A DNA stretch of 64,000 nucleotides from Gemmatimonadota bacterium (GTDB lineage: Bacteria > Gemmatimonadota > Gemmatimonadetes > Palauibacterales > KS3-K002). Under the pieces are notes generated by a model, which saw nothing but the letters and a program-made list of their open reading frames with translations, did no database searches and was not told where the DNA came from. Below are positions 48,331 through 58,379 of this stretch, in pieces. Positions within the stretch are counted from its first letter, which is position 1, and the number at the start of each line of letters is the position of its first letter. Position numbers and translations under genes: made by a program. The stretch spans positions 96,001 through 160,000 of the forward strand of contig JBDHJS010000006.1 in NCBI GenBank assembly GCA_039586795.1. The letters run 5' to 3'.

Positions 48331-50963
48331 GAAAGCTCGGAATTCTCTTGGCGCTCGTCGTCCTCGCGGCAGGGCCGCTGGCGGCGCAGCAGGACAACTG
48401 GGTGCCACAGATCGAGCGCGGATCAAACGACTATCCGCGCGGCACGATGGTCATACAGAACCTCGATGCCGTCTGGACGGCGGCGGGGGAGGTGCTGCAG
48501 AACGTATCGATCGTCGTGCGAGATGGAATCATTCGGGAGATCGGCGCTGAAGTATCGATCCCCGACGGCGCGGTGGTGATCGACGGGAGCGGCATGACCG
48601 CTATCCCGGGCCTGGTGGATGAGCACTCGCACACCGCAATGGACCGCAGCACCAATGAAGGGTCGACACCGATCTCCTCCGAGGTCCGGGTGCTCGACGC
48701 CCTCACTCCGGAAAGCTTCAGCATCTACCGCGCGTTGTCCGGTGGCGTGACGACTTCGTTGATCCTCCACGGCAGCGCCAACCCGATCGGTGGCCAGGCG
48801 GCGATCATCAAGATGCGCTGGGGCATGGAAGACCCCGACCAGCTGTTGATCGACGGCGCTCCGCAGATGATCAAGTTCGCGTTGGGCGAGAACGTCACGC
48901 GCAAGAACTCGAGCGGCGGCAGCGGAATACAGCGGTTTCCGATGTCACGTGCCGGCGTCGAGTCGTTCTACGACCAGGCGTTCACCGCCGCGACCGAGTA
49001 CAAGGCGGCTTGGGACGCTTATAACAGGAGCCGGGGCGACTACCCGGTGCCACCGCGCCGCGACCTGCGGCTCGAGACACTGGTCGACGTGATGGAAGGG
49101 CGGATCCTGGTTCACGCACACTCGTATCGTAGCGACGAGATCGTCATGCTGATGCGCGTCGCGGAGCGCTACGGTTTCCGCATCGACGCCTTCACCCACG
49201 TGCTCGAAGGCTACAAGGTCGCCGACGAGATGGCAGCGCACGGCGCGTCGGGCTCGACGTTCTCCGACTGGTGGGCCTACAAGCTGGAGGCCTTCGACGC
49301 GATTCCCTACAACGCGGCGATCATGCACGAACATGGCGTGCTGACCAGCCTGAACTCGGATATCTCGTGGCTGCAGACCTTCATGGTCTACGAGTTCAAC
49401 AAGGCGGTGAAGTACGGCGCCGTGTCCAAAGAAGACGCGTTACGGATGTTGACGGCGTATCCGGCACAGCAGCTCCACCTGGAGGACCGGATCGGTACGC
49501 TGGAAGTCGGCAAGGAAGGCGACGTCGTTCTACTGAGCGGGGATCCGTTCGATTCCTATTCGCGCGTCGAGAAGACGATCGTCGATGGCATCGTCTACTT
49601 CGATCTGGAGAACGAGGCGGATGCGCGGGGCGCGCCCGTCAACGCGATGCCGGCGGTTGTAACGCCGGTGGCGGCGGCGCCGCGGACGGCGATGACCGCC
49701 GCACCGCAGACATCGACGAACAGTTCCAACGGCTCGAACGGCGATACCCAGGCCCCGATCATGGCGCTGGTCGGTGCTACCGTGCACCCGGTCTCCGGCC
49801 CGGCCATCGAGGACGGTACGGTGATTGTGACCGGCGAGCAGATCTCGTACGTCGGGACTCGAGGTGGAGCCGACATCCCCAACGATGCCGAGGTGATCAA
49901 CGTCGCCGGCAAGCACATCTACCCCGGAATGATCGATCCGATGACGCAGGTGGGGATGGTCGAAATCGGTTCGTTCGGCGCCGCTCACGACGACCGTGAG
50001 ACCGGGCGCTACAACCCGCATCTGAACTCCATCTGGAGCGTGCACCCCCACAGCGTAGAGATCCCGGTGACGCGCGCCAACGGAATCACGGCGGTGCTCG
50101 CCGTGCCGGGTACCGGGGTGATCCAGGGAGCCGGCGGTGTGGTCCAGCTGACCGGTGACACGCCGGAGCGGATGGCCGTGCGCGAGCGGGCGGCTCTGGT
50201 CATCAATTTCCCGTCGCCGAGCGGCCAGGCGTGGGACGATGCGGAGATCAAGGGCGATCGGCTGGAGGAGTTGGTCGACCTGTTCAACCGCGCCGTGACG
50301 TTCGCTAACGTGCCGTCGACGAAGGATGATCCGACGGCCCCGTTCGACGGTAACGGCAGAACACTGACTCGGCAGCTGCTCGAGGCCATGGTGCCTGCCG
50401 TAACGGGCCAGATGCCGGTCTTCTTCAGGGCGCGCACCGAGCGGGATATTCGAACGGTCCTGTTGTTCCTGGATGAATTCCCCGAGGTCGACGCGACGAT
50501 CGTTGGCGGCGACCAGGCGTTCCGCGTCGCGCAGGAGATCGCCGACCGTGGGATTCCCGTCGTCGTCGGCTCGGCAGGCTCGCCAACCATGGATCGTGAT
50601 GATCCGATCGCCGCTGGCTTCGCGAACGCCGCAATCCTGAACGCGGCGGGTGTGAAGGTTGCATTTAGCACTCAGGACTACGCCAACGTGCGTAACCTGC
50701 CGTATCATGCGGCCAAGGCGGTAGCGTTTGGACTGCCCCAGGATGTCGGGCTGCGAGCGGTGACGCTAAATGCAGCGGAGATCCTCGGTGTGGCCGACAT
50801 GATGGGCAGCATCGACGTCGGCAAACGGGCCGACCTGATCATCACCAACGGCGACCCGCTACAGATCGTCACCAACGTCGAGCGCATGTTCATCGCGGGC
50901 AAAGAAGTATCGCTTTCGAGCAAACATACCGAACTGTACGAGGCATTTAGGAATCGACATTGA
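48327..50963 (+). CDS. Secreted protein with two fused amidohydrolase domains
   Basis: Domain 1 has PGLVDEHSH, KFALGEN, HSYR, THVLEG and NSD. After an Ala/Thr/Asn linker, domain 2 has PGMIDPMTQ (no HxH) and GK.ADL..GDPL. Confidence 0.88.
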   Translation: MRKLGILLALVVLAAGPLAAQQDNWVPQIERGSNDYPRGTMVIQNLDAVWTAAGEVLQNVSIVVRDGIIREIGAEVSIPDGAVVIDGSGMTAIPGLVDEHSHTAMDRSTNEGSTPISSEVRVLDALTPESFSIYRALSGGVTTSLILHGSANPIGGQAAIIKMRWGMEDPDQLLIDGAPQMIKFALGENVTRKNSSGGSGIQRFPMSRAGVESFYDQAFTAATEYKAAWDAYNRSRGDYPVPPRRDLRLETLVDVMEGRILVHAHSYRSDEIVMLMRVAERYGFRIDAFTHVLEGYKVADEMAAHGASGSTFSDWWAYKLEAFDAIPYNAAIMHEHGVLTSLNSDISWLQTFMVYEFNKAVKYGAVSKEDALRMLTAYPAQQLHLEDRIGTLEVGKEGDVVLLSGDPFDSYSRVEKTIVDGIVYFDLENEADARGAPVNAMPAVVTPVAAAPRTAMTAAPQTSTNSSNGSNGDTQAPIMALVGATVHPVSGPAIEDGTVIVTGEQISYVGTRGGADIPNDAEVINVAGKHIYPGMIDPMTQVGMVEIGSFGAAHDDRETGRYNPHLNSIWSVHPHSVEIPVTRANGITAVLAVPGTGVIQGAGGVVQLTGDTPERMAVRERAALVINFPSPSGQAWDDAEIKGDRLEELVDLFNRAVTFANVPSTKDDPTAPFDGNGRTLTRQLLEAMVPAVTGQMPVFFRARTERDIRTVLLFLDEFPEVDATIVGGDQAFRVAQEIADRGIPVVVGSAGSPTMDRDDPIAAGFANAAILNAAGVKVAFSTQDYANVRNLPYHAAKAVAFGLPQDVGLRAVTLNAAEILGVADMMGSIDVGKRADLIITNGDPLQIVTNVERMFIAGKEVSLSSKHTELYEAFRNRH

Positions 50964-50985
50964 GGAATGCGTAGAATAGGATCGG

Positions 50986-51162
50986 GACAGCCGACAGCCT
51001 ACAGCCGACGCACGACGGCTAAGTAGACTTCTCGGCGCACGACGCCCGACGTCCATAAGAACGACGCCCGAACGTCGTTCAACGAACGTCGGGCGTCGTG
51101 CGTCGATCGCCGAACAGGACTCGAACATCGAGCGGCGGCTGTCGGCTGTCCGCTGTCGAAAT
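50986..51162. repeat. Nested inverted-repeat element with CAGCCGA heptamers (copy 2)
   Basis: Outer 22-bp IR with 2 mismatches (50986-51007 / 51136-51157) and perfect 17-bp inner IR (51036-51052 / 51086-51102). Shares gctgtcgaaat, tcgagcggcg and gatcgccgaa with copy 1. Confidence 0.8.
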
Positions 51163-51188
51163 CAAACGGCCGCCCAAAGGGCGGCCGT
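51163..51188 (-). terminator. Probable intrinsic terminator
   Basis: acggccgccc-aaa-gggcggccgt 10-bp stem, followed by TTGATTT on the minus strand, downstream of the minus-strand ORF ending at 51227. Confidence 0.55.
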
Positions 51189-51226
51189 CCTATAAATCAC
51201 TGGGGATCTGCCTTAGTTACGAACCG

Positions 51227-51799
51227 TCACCAGCGGCGCATGCGCAGCGAATTGACAACAGGCGAGCGCGTGTAGTTGATGTGTCGCCCGGGCTTGCACG
51301 AATCGCCGCCGCGACCCATGCCCGCAGGCATTAGTACCAGAACACGCACGCGGTCCATGCCATTCCCCTGGCTCCCTTCTCCGCCCATCGCCAGCGTGGC
51401 GGAAGCGGGCACCGGGGTCCGCATCGGCGTCAGCCCCGTCTCGACCGTCACCGGCGTGGTCCGCGGTCGTGGGACCAGGGGCGCTGCCGGCGGGCCGTTC
51501 TGAGCTCGCTCCAATACGAATGGGTAATCGGACAGGTCCGGGCCCACGGCCGCGCTCGCAAGTTCAATCACCGGCTGGAACTGCGTCGGCGTCGGAGACG
51601 ACGGCCCATCTCTGACCTCTGGCTTCTCGACTTCCGTGTCTGGCGGTAGCGTGACGACACTAAGGGATCCCTCCGCTACATCGCTGGAACCGAAGTTCAG
51701 GCGACCCAGCCCCAGTAGCGCGCCATGCACGAGCAGGGAGATTGCAAGGCCGTATACGAGAATCCGCATGTATCGAGCCTCGCGTCGCTGCCTGCGCAT
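51227..51799 (-). CDS. Hypothetical membrane-anchored Pro-rich protein (TonB-like N-terminal anchor)
   Basis: ATG after GAGGAGG, TM with SLLVH (SxxxH TonB/TolA anchor motif), Pro-rich linker and C-terminal GGDSC. Confidence 0.55.
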   Translation of the reverse strand: MRRQRREARYMRILVYGLAISLLVHGALLGLGRLNFGSSDVAEGSLSVVTLPPDTEVEKPEVRDGPSSPTPTQFQPVIELASAAVGPDLSDYPFVLERAQNGPPAAPLVPRPRTTPVTVETGLTPMRTPVPASATLAMGGEGSQGNGMDRVRVLVLMPAGMGRGGDSCKPGRHINYTRSPVVNSLRMRRW

Positions 51800-51906
51800 G
51801 GTTCCTCCTCTCGCTCTGTGAGTTGCGCTCCCGGTATCACTAAACATTATTGCCACATCCGTTTCCCCGGTCAATGACCAACGAAAGGACAGCCAGGAGC
51901 CCCAAT

Positions 51907-53724
51907 ATGTTAGCGTTCTACCTCACCTTAGCCCTCTTTTTCGCCCCCCAGTCCGCGAGCCCCGTCCTGTATGAGGTTTCCTTCCCCAATGCCGTCCACC
52001 ACGAGGCGGAAATCCGGGTGACGTTCTCGGAAGTTCCGGCGGGTCCGCTAGAGGTCCGCATGAGTCGCTCGTCGCCGGGCCGTTACGCGATCCACGAGTT
52101 CGCCAAGAACGTCTACTCGGTTAAGGCGGTGGACGGGCAGGGGGCCGCGCTCCGGATCGATCGCCCCGATCCGTACGGTTGGGATGTCATGGGGCACGAT
52201 GGGACGGTGACGATCTCTTATACGCTCTTCGCCGACCACGCCGACGGTACCTACTCGGGTATAGACGAAACGCACGCCCATCTGAACATGCCGGCGACCT
52301 TCATGTGGGCGCGCGGCATGACCGATCGCCCGATCCGGGTGACGTTCCGCAGACCCGTGGGTTCGGGTTGGAAGGCGGCGACCCAGCTGGCACCGACCGC
52401 GAATCCGTTGATCTTCACGGCGCGCGATCTGGACTACTTTCTGGACAGCCCCGCCGAGTTGAGCGACTTCGAGCTCCGGGAGTGGCAGGTCGCGGACCAG
52501 AGTGGTGAGTACACGATCCGCGTGGCAATGCATTCCCGGGGGTCGGATGCCGCGCTGGAAGAGTACGTTGACGGGACGATGCGGTTGGTGGAAGAAGCGC
52601 AGGCGGTGTTCGGGGAGTACCCACGCTTCGACTACGGAACGTATACGTTCATCGCCGATTACCTGCCCTGGGTATATGGCGACGGCATGGAGCACCGGAA
52701 CTCGACCATCCTGGCCAGCAGCCGGACGCTCGAGAGCGGCGCGTCGAGCTTTCTAGGGACGGTCTCTCACGAGTTCTTCCACGCCTGGAACGTCGAGAGA
52801 ATCCGACCCGTTGGACTCGAGCCGTTCGATTTCGAACGAGCGAACCTGTCCGGCGCGCTATGGTTCGCCGAAGGCTTCACCAGCTACTACGGCGGATTGC
52901 TGATGCGCCGTGCCGGCATCATCGATGATCGTGACTTTGCTCGTCGTTTGTCCGATCGCGTGAGCACGGTGCTGTTCAGCCCGGCGCGTGACTACTACGG
53001 TCCGGTCGGAATGAGCCATCAAGCTCCGTTCGTCGATGAAGCCCGTCACGTCGATGTCACCAACGGTGACAACACGTTCATCTCCTACTACACGTGGGGC
53101 GCGGTCATCGCCCTCGCCCTCGATCTGACCCTTCGCGCCGAACACGATACCGACCTCGATGCCTACATGCGTGCCGTGTGGCAGAGGCACGGGGCGAAAG
53201 AGGTCCCGTACACGATCACGGACCTCGAGCGGATACTCGCGGAGGTGAGCAACGATGCGGTCTTCGCGTGGCGGTTCTTCGACAACTACGTCCACGGACA
53301 GGAGGCCCCCGATATCGAGACGTTGCTCGCGCTCGCGGGCTTCGCTCTGCGTCCGGCGCGTCCCGGTGAGGCCACGTTCGGTTGGGCGGAGCTGGAATAC
53401 GGGGAGCGGGGCGCTCGCGTGACCCGGCCGACGATCATCGGGACGCCGTTGTACGAAGCGGGCGTCGATCACCGCGATGTGATCCTGCAGCTCGATGGGC
53501 GGCCGATGATGGCCCCGGATGTTCTTGAGTTCGTGATGAAGTCGCACCAGCCCGGAGATACGGTGGAGATCGAGTTCGAGTCGAGGGGCGCGGTTGAGCG
53601 GGCGACGATTACGTTGATGGAGAATCAGTGGATGAGGGTCGTGCCGTTGGAGGAAGTTGGGATGGAGTTGAGCGCGGAGCAGAGGGCTTTTCGGGGGGAT
53701 TGGCTTTCAAGCAAGACCGAGTAG
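51907..53724 (+). CDS. M61 family glycyl aminopeptidase with PDZ domain
   Basis: SPGRY, GMEHRNS, HEFFHAWN, LWFAEGFTSYY and a C-terminal PDZ. Confidence 0.92.
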   Translation: MLAFYLTLALFFAPQSASPVLYEVSFPNAVHHEAEIRVTFSEVPAGPLEVRMSRSSPGRYAIHEFAKNVYSVKAVDGQGAALRIDRPDPYGWDVMGHDGTVTISYTLFADHADGTYSGIDETHAHLNMPATFMWARGMTDRPIRVTFRRPVGSGWKAATQLAPTANPLIFTARDLDYFLDSPAELSDFELREWQVADQSGEYTIRVAMHSRGSDAALEEYVDGTMRLVEEAQAVFGEYPRFDYGTYTFIADYLPWVYGDGMEHRNSTILASSRTLESGASSFLGTVSHEFFHAWNVERIRPVGLEPFDFERANLSGALWFAEGFTSYYGGLLMRRAGIIDDRDFARRLSDRVSTVLFSPARDYYGPVGMSHQAPFVDEARHVDVTNGDNTFISYYTWGAVIALALDLTLRAEHDTDLDAYMRAVWQRHGAKEVPYTITDLERILAEVSNDAVFAWRFFDNYVHGQEAPDIETLLALAGFALRPARPGEATFGWAELEYGERGARVTRPTIIGTPLYEAGVDHRDVILQLDGRPMMAPDVLEFVMKSHQPGDTVEIEFESRGAVERATITLMENQWMRVVPLEEVGMELSAEQRAFRGDWLSSKTE

Positions 53725-53775
53725 GAGTACGAGTACGACCCATCCCGTCCTACTCGTAGTCCTGCTCGTACTCGG
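53717..53775. repeat. GAGTAC hexamer palindromic repeat
   Basis: ccgagtaggagtacgagtacgac ... gtcctactcgtagtcctgctcgtactcgg, overlapping the M61 stop codon. Confidence 0.7.
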
Positions 53776-53867
53776 AGGCGCAGCCGTCAGCACGAAACCC
53801 ACCACGGGGCATCCTCGTCAGGATCCATAGTTGAGGCCACAAGACACCAGGTTGGAGACCAAAAGCT

Positions 53868-56318
53868 ATGGATTCCGTATTCGCCGAACTCCGCTACGCC
53901 GTTCGTCGACTCGTAGCCCGCCCCGGCTTCGCGATCATCGCGCTGCTCACGATGGCGCTCGGGATTGGCGCCAACAGCGCGATCTTCAGCATCGTGAACG
54001 CCGTGCTGCTACGTCCGCTCCCGGTTGAGGAGCCTGGCCAGCTGGTCGAGATCTATTCCCAGGAAGAGGATGACTCAGAGCCGGTCACCCAGGCCTACCC
54101 CGACTATCTCGACATCAGAGCCCGCGACGACCTGTTCTCGGGCGTGATCGCCTACACGGCGGACTTTCTCAGTCTGAGCCAGAACGGACGCTCCGAGATG
54201 CTGTTTGGCGAGGCCGTGTCGGGCAATTACTTCGAGTTGCTTGGCGTGCCGGCGGCTCGGGGCAGGGCGTTCATCGCGGCGGAGGACGATGTGCCGGGCG
54301 CGACGCCCGTCGCGATGATCAGTCACGGCCTGTGGACCCGGCGCTTCGCAGCGGACCCGGGCATCGTCGGTCGAACGCTCACTCTGAGAGGCCGGCAAGT
54401 CGAGGTCATCGGGGTCACCCCAGAAGAGTTTACCGGTCTCTATGTCGGGATCTCCACCGAGATCTGGGTGCCGCTCGCCGCCCAGAGCTCTTTGAGGCCG
54501 GGTGATGATCTGCTGGATGATCGAGATAGCCGGTGGCTGATGATGAAGGGTCGGCTGGGCGAGGGAGTCACATTCGATCAAGCGCAGGCCGGGCTCGATG
54601 TGCTGGCTCGCCAGTTGGCCGAAGCCTACCCCGAGTCTAACCTGAACCGCCGCTACCCTATTCTGCCGACGAACGATGTTCGTATCCATCCGATGGTGGA
54701 CCGGGCGATCACGCCGGTGGCGATGATGTTGATGGTTGTGGTTGGGCTCGTGCTGCTCATCGCCTGCACCAATCTGGCCAACCTGCTACTGACGCGCGCC
54801 CTGGCGCGCCGCAAGGAAGTCGCGATCCGCCTGGCGCTGGGCGCCGGCCGCTGGCGACTGATGCGGCAGCTGCTCACCGAGAGCTTGTTGCTGGCGTTGG
54901 TAGGTGGCGCCCTGGGCCTCGCCCTGGCCAGCTGGACGTCGACGCTACTCGTCAAGCTGCAACCCCAGGCGCTTTTCACTGTGAACCTGGACCTTGGTCT
55001 CGATTACCGAGTCTTGGGCTTCACGCTGATCATCTCCGTGCTCACTGGTGTCCTGTTCGGTCTGGCGCCGGCGCTGCAAGCGACGAAGCCCCAGGTTGTA
55101 CCGGCGCTCAAGGACGAGACCGTGGTCTTCAAGGGTGATCGACGGTTCAACCTGCGGAACTCGCTAGTCGTGGCGCAGGTCGCCGTCTCATTGGTGTTGC
55201 TCATTGGCGCGGGGCTGTTCGTTCGCAGCCTGATGAATGCGCAGAACATTGAGACCGGCTTTGAACGCGAGCACGCGGCCGTGATGACCCTCTTCGTCGA
55301 CCTGAACAACAACTACACCGAAGCGCAGGGAGAAGCGTTTCTGACGGAGCTCACGTCTCGGGTGGCTAGCCTGCCCGGCGTGGAAGGTGCGGCGCTGGCC
55401 AGTCGCCTGCCGCTGGGCGCGGCGATCCACACGAACGAGTATTTCCCGGAAGGCATCGAGCTGGCTGACGACGAGGGCTTGTCCGCCGATCAGGCGACCG
55501 TGAGCTTGGGGTATTTCGATGCGATGGGTATCCCGCTGGTCTACGGGCGTGACTTCGGCGAGCAAGACCGACTGGATGCACCGCTCGTCGTTATCGTCAG
55601 CGAGGCCGCCGCCCAACGGTTCTGGCCCGGCGAGAACGCGGTCGGCAAGCGCTTGCGCGTTGGCAGCATTGATGGTGAACTGCACACGGTGATCGGTGTG
55701 GCTCGCGACACGAAAGTCCGAACGCTCGGCGAATCCCCCCGGCCCTACGTCTACCGTGCGTTCTTACAAGACTATCGACCGTGGCTCTCCATGGTCGTTC
55801 GCACGGCGGGAGATCCGGCGGCCGTGCTCCCCGCGCTGCGCGGGGAGGTGATGACGCTCGATGAATCGATGCCCATCGTCGAACTCAAGACGATGAGCGA
55901 GCACCTGCAGCTGATGCTATTCCTACCGCGAATGGGTGGAATGCTGTTGGGCGTCTTCGGAGCGCTCGCCATGCTGCTGGCGACCACGGGGCTCTACGGT
56001 GTCATCGCCTACAGCGCCTCGCAGCGGACCCGGGAGGTTGGGATCCGCGTGGCGCTCGGCGCGGCGCAGGGCGATGTGGTGAAGATGGTCGTGCGGCAGG
56101 GGATGATCCTGGTGATCGTAGGAACGGTGATCGGTCTCGGGCTAGCCGCGGCGGCGACACGCCCGCTGGGCAGCCTGCTCTATGGCATAGGCTCTTGGGA
56201 TCTGCTGACTTTCCTCGGGATCACGTCGTTGATGATATCGGTGGCGCTTGCGGCGAGTCTGATTCCGGCGCTGCGGGCCGCGCGGGTCGATCCGATGGTC
56301 GCCTTGCGCCAGGAGTAG
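53868..56318 (+). CDS. ABC transporter permease, ADOP/MacB-like duplicated permease
   Basis: LGIGANSAIFS.VNAVLLRPLP, LLIACTNLANLLL.R, E.AIRLALGA, LVVAQVA and RAARVDPMVALR.E. Confidence 0.93.
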   Translation: MDSVFAELRYAVRRLVARPGFAIIALLTMALGIGANSAIFSIVNAVLLRPLPVEEPGQLVEIYSQEEDDSEPVTQAYPDYLDIRARDDLFSGVIAYTADFLSLSQNGRSEMLFGEAVSGNYFELLGVPAARGRAFIAAEDDVPGATPVAMISHGLWTRRFAADPGIVGRTLTLRGRQVEVIGVTPEEFTGLYVGISTEIWVPLAAQSSLRPGDDLLDDRDSRWLMMKGRLGEGVTFDQAQAGLDVLARQLAEAYPESNLNRRYPILPTNDVRIHPMVDRAITPVAMMLMVVVGLVLLIACTNLANLLLTRALARRKEVAIRLALGAGRWRLMRQLLTESLLLALVGGALGLALASWTSTLLVKLQPQALFTVNLDLGLDYRVLGFTLIISVLTGVLFGLAPALQATKPQVVPALKDETVVFKGDRRFNLRNSLVVAQVAVSLVLLIGAGLFVRSLMNAQNIETGFEREHAAVMTLFVDLNNNYTEAQGEAFLTELTSRVASLPGVEGAALASRLPLGAAIHTNEYFPEGIELADDEGLSADQATVSLGYFDAMGIPLVYGRDFGEQDRLDAPLVVIVSEAAAQRFWPGENAVGKRLRVGSIDGELHTVIGVARDTKVRTLGESPRPYVYRAFLQDYRPWLSMVVRTAGDPAAVLPALRGEVMTLDESMPIVELKTMSEHLQLMLFLPRMGGMLLGVFGALAMLLATTGLYGVIAYSASQRTREVGIRVALGAAQGDVVKMVVRQGMILVIVGTVIGLGLAAAATRPLGSLLYGIGSWDLLTFLGITSLMISVALAASLIPALRAARVDPMVALRQE

Positions 56319-56323
56319 GCTTC

Positions 56324-56389
56324 GTCGAGCACGAAAGCGAGCATGAGCAGGAGCAGGACCGAGAACTCCTGCTCGTGCTCGTGCTCGAC
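56324..56389. repeat. GAGCA(C/G) hexamer palindromic repeat between convergent genes
   Basis: gtcgagcacga...gagcaggagcagga / ctcctgctcgtgctcgtgctcgac, with a perfect 11-bp terminal IR. Confidence 0.7.
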
Positions 56390-56398
56390 AACAGTCCG

Positions 56399-57472
56399 CT
56401 AGGACTCCTCTAATATCTTGGCAACAACCATCTCCCCCATCGCGGAAGTCGAGATCCCACTCCTGGTATCCGCTGACGGTATCGCCTTGCTCGCCAGCAA
56501 TTCGCCAACCGCGTTCTCCACGCGCGCCGCCGCCCGATCCTCCCCCAGGAAATCCAGCATCATGCTCACCGCCGAGACCATCCCCAGCGGGCAAGCCACG
56601 TTCTTGCCCGCGTGCTTCGGCGCCGACCCATGGATCGGCTCGAACATCGAAGTCCGTCCAGGATGGATGTTGCCGGACGCCGCAATTCCCATCCCCCCCT
56701 GAATCATCGCGCCAAGGTCCGTGATGATGTCGCCGAACAGGTTCGTGGTCACGATGACGTCGAACCACTCCGGGTTCTTGACCATCCACATGCAGCACGC
56801 GTCCACGTACGCGTGGTCGGTCCCGATACCGGGGAAATCCTTCGCCACGTGCGCGAAGGCGCGGTCCCACACATCGTGCGGACGTATGGCGTTGTCCTTG
56901 TCGACCAGGGTGACCTGACCTTTGCCTCGCGCCTCGGCCCGCTTCGTCGCCAGCTCGAAGGCGTAGCGCGTTGCCCGCTCGCAGCCCTTCCACGTGTAGA
57001 TCCCGTTGACGATCGCTACCTCGTCCGGCGTGTTGATCTTCAGGTGACCACCGATCTGCGAGTACATCCCCTCCGTGTTCTCACGCACGACCACGAAGTC
57101 GATGTCTTCCGGCGTCTTGTCCTTCAGTGGGCACAGGTGCTCTGAATAAAGCTTGATCGGCCGCAGGTTGATGTACATGTCGAGACCGAAACGGAGGCCG
57201 AGGATCACCGAACGTTCGACCAGGCCGGGCTCGACGTCAGGGTGGCCGATCGCGCCGAGCAGCACAGCGTCCAGAGTGCCCCATTCGTCGATCACCCTGG
57301 CCGGGACGAGCTCCTTCGTCTTGATGTAGTATTCCCCGCTGTAGGGGTAGTCGACGAGCTCGTAATCGAAGTCCTCCAGCTCGGCCACCGCCTCGAGCAC
57401 TTTCAGCCCCTCCTGGGCCACCTCGGGCCCGATCCCATCACCGGGTACCGATCCGATCTTGTAGGTCTTCAT
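56399..57472 (-). CDS. 3-isopropylmalate dehydrogenase-like (isocitrate/isopropylmalate dehydrogenase family)
   Basis: [28 protein letters not shown] and FEPIHGSAP. No other leu genes are adjacent, so the substrate is uncertain. Confidence 0.85.
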   Translation of the reverse strand: MKTYKIGSVPGDGIGPEVAQEGLKVLEAVAELEDFDYELVDYPYSGEYYIKTKELVPARVIDEWGTLDAVLLGAIGHPDVEPGLVERSVILGLRFGLDMYINLRPIKLYSEHLCPLKDKTPEDIDFVVVRENTEGMYSQIGGHLKINTPDEVAIVNGIYTWKGCERATRYAFELATKRAEARGKGQVTLVDKDNAIRPHDVWDRAFAHVAKDFPGIGTDHAYVDACCMWMVKNPEWFDVIVTTNLFGDIITDLGAMIQGGMGIAASGNIHPGRTSMFEPIHGSAPKHAGKNVACPLGMVSAVSMMLDFLGEDRAAARVENAVGELLASKAIPSADTRSGISTSAMGEMVVAKILEES

Positions 57473-57658
57473 CAATCCTCCCTGGGGCGACGCTTAACGT
57501 GTCGCCGGCTCCGAACGTCCTTAGAGAAGGGGAAAACTAGCCTTCCACGGATCGGCGTAAAAGAGGGTTGGGTCGCCGGGACGCAACATTGGCCGACCCG
57601 CGGTGTCGGGATAGATTTATCGGCCCGGCCAGGGACCATTGATTGGAGGATCGACTAT

Positions 57659-58156
57659 ATGGCGAAGCCGCATTTCCCTTGGGGCGAAGGGGTCTATCCA
57701 GCGGGCGGCATGGCGTCTGCGAAATGGAGCTATGCGCACGACCTGGTGAACATGTATCTCGGGATCGCCCACTTCGCTGACAACGAGCTCTCGCCAGAGG
57801 AACAGCGAACCTTCATGTCGCGGTTCGGACAGTGGATCGAGGACGTCTCGCTCGAGCAGTTCGAGCAGATCTGGAGTGAGGTGGTGGCGGCCTACGAGGC
57901 CCATTCGAGCCGGGAACAGCGCTACGGCGCCTACCTGCAATCCGCATTAAACGTCGGCCGCTTCTTCGGCGACACGAAGGAGAGACTTCGAGCGGTCATC
58001 CGCGACCTGGTCGAGATCGCCGGCGCCGACGGCAAGCTCCACGAGAACGAAGTCACGATGATCAAGGCCGCGGCCGTCACGTACGGCCTGAGCGCCGACC
58101 TTCGGGTCAACGTGAAGACGGGGCGCGTCGAGCTGACCTTGAGCGAGGCGAATTGA
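57659..58156 (+). CDS. TerB-family (tellurite-resistance-like) protein
   Basis: Two pseudo-repeated motifs, IAHFADNELSPEE and IAGADGKLHENE. ATG 57659 follows GGAGG. Confidence 0.7.
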   Translation: MAKPHFPWGEGVYPAGGMASAKWSYAHDLVNMYLGIAHFADNELSPEEQRTFMSRFGQWIEDVSLEQFEQIWSEVVAAYEAHSSREQRYGAYLQSALNVGRFFGDTKERLRAVIRDLVEIAGADGKLHENEVTMIKAAAVTYGLSADLRVNVKTGRVELTLSEAN

Positions 58157-58379
58157 GTCGTTTTTGCGCCTGATCTGGAGAGGCGTGGGGCTCGAGCGGG
58201 CTCCATAGCCTTGAAATCGTTGAAGTAGCAGCGTTTTCCTTGAGATTTGGTGGGAGGTAATAGACGGTACACTCTTGCTGACAAACGTGTTATATTAGTA
58301 ATCCCCACCGGTCCGGTATTCCCCAAGATCCCTGACGCGTCCCTTTGCGCGGCGCTGTGCATCGGCGCCGGAATACGCG

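Noticed and set aside
57540..57640. GGGACGCAA as part of a c-di-GMP-I riboswitch near the GGDEF gene
   Set aside because: The preceding GCAAA stem with GNRA tetraloop and the downstream receptor helix are missing.
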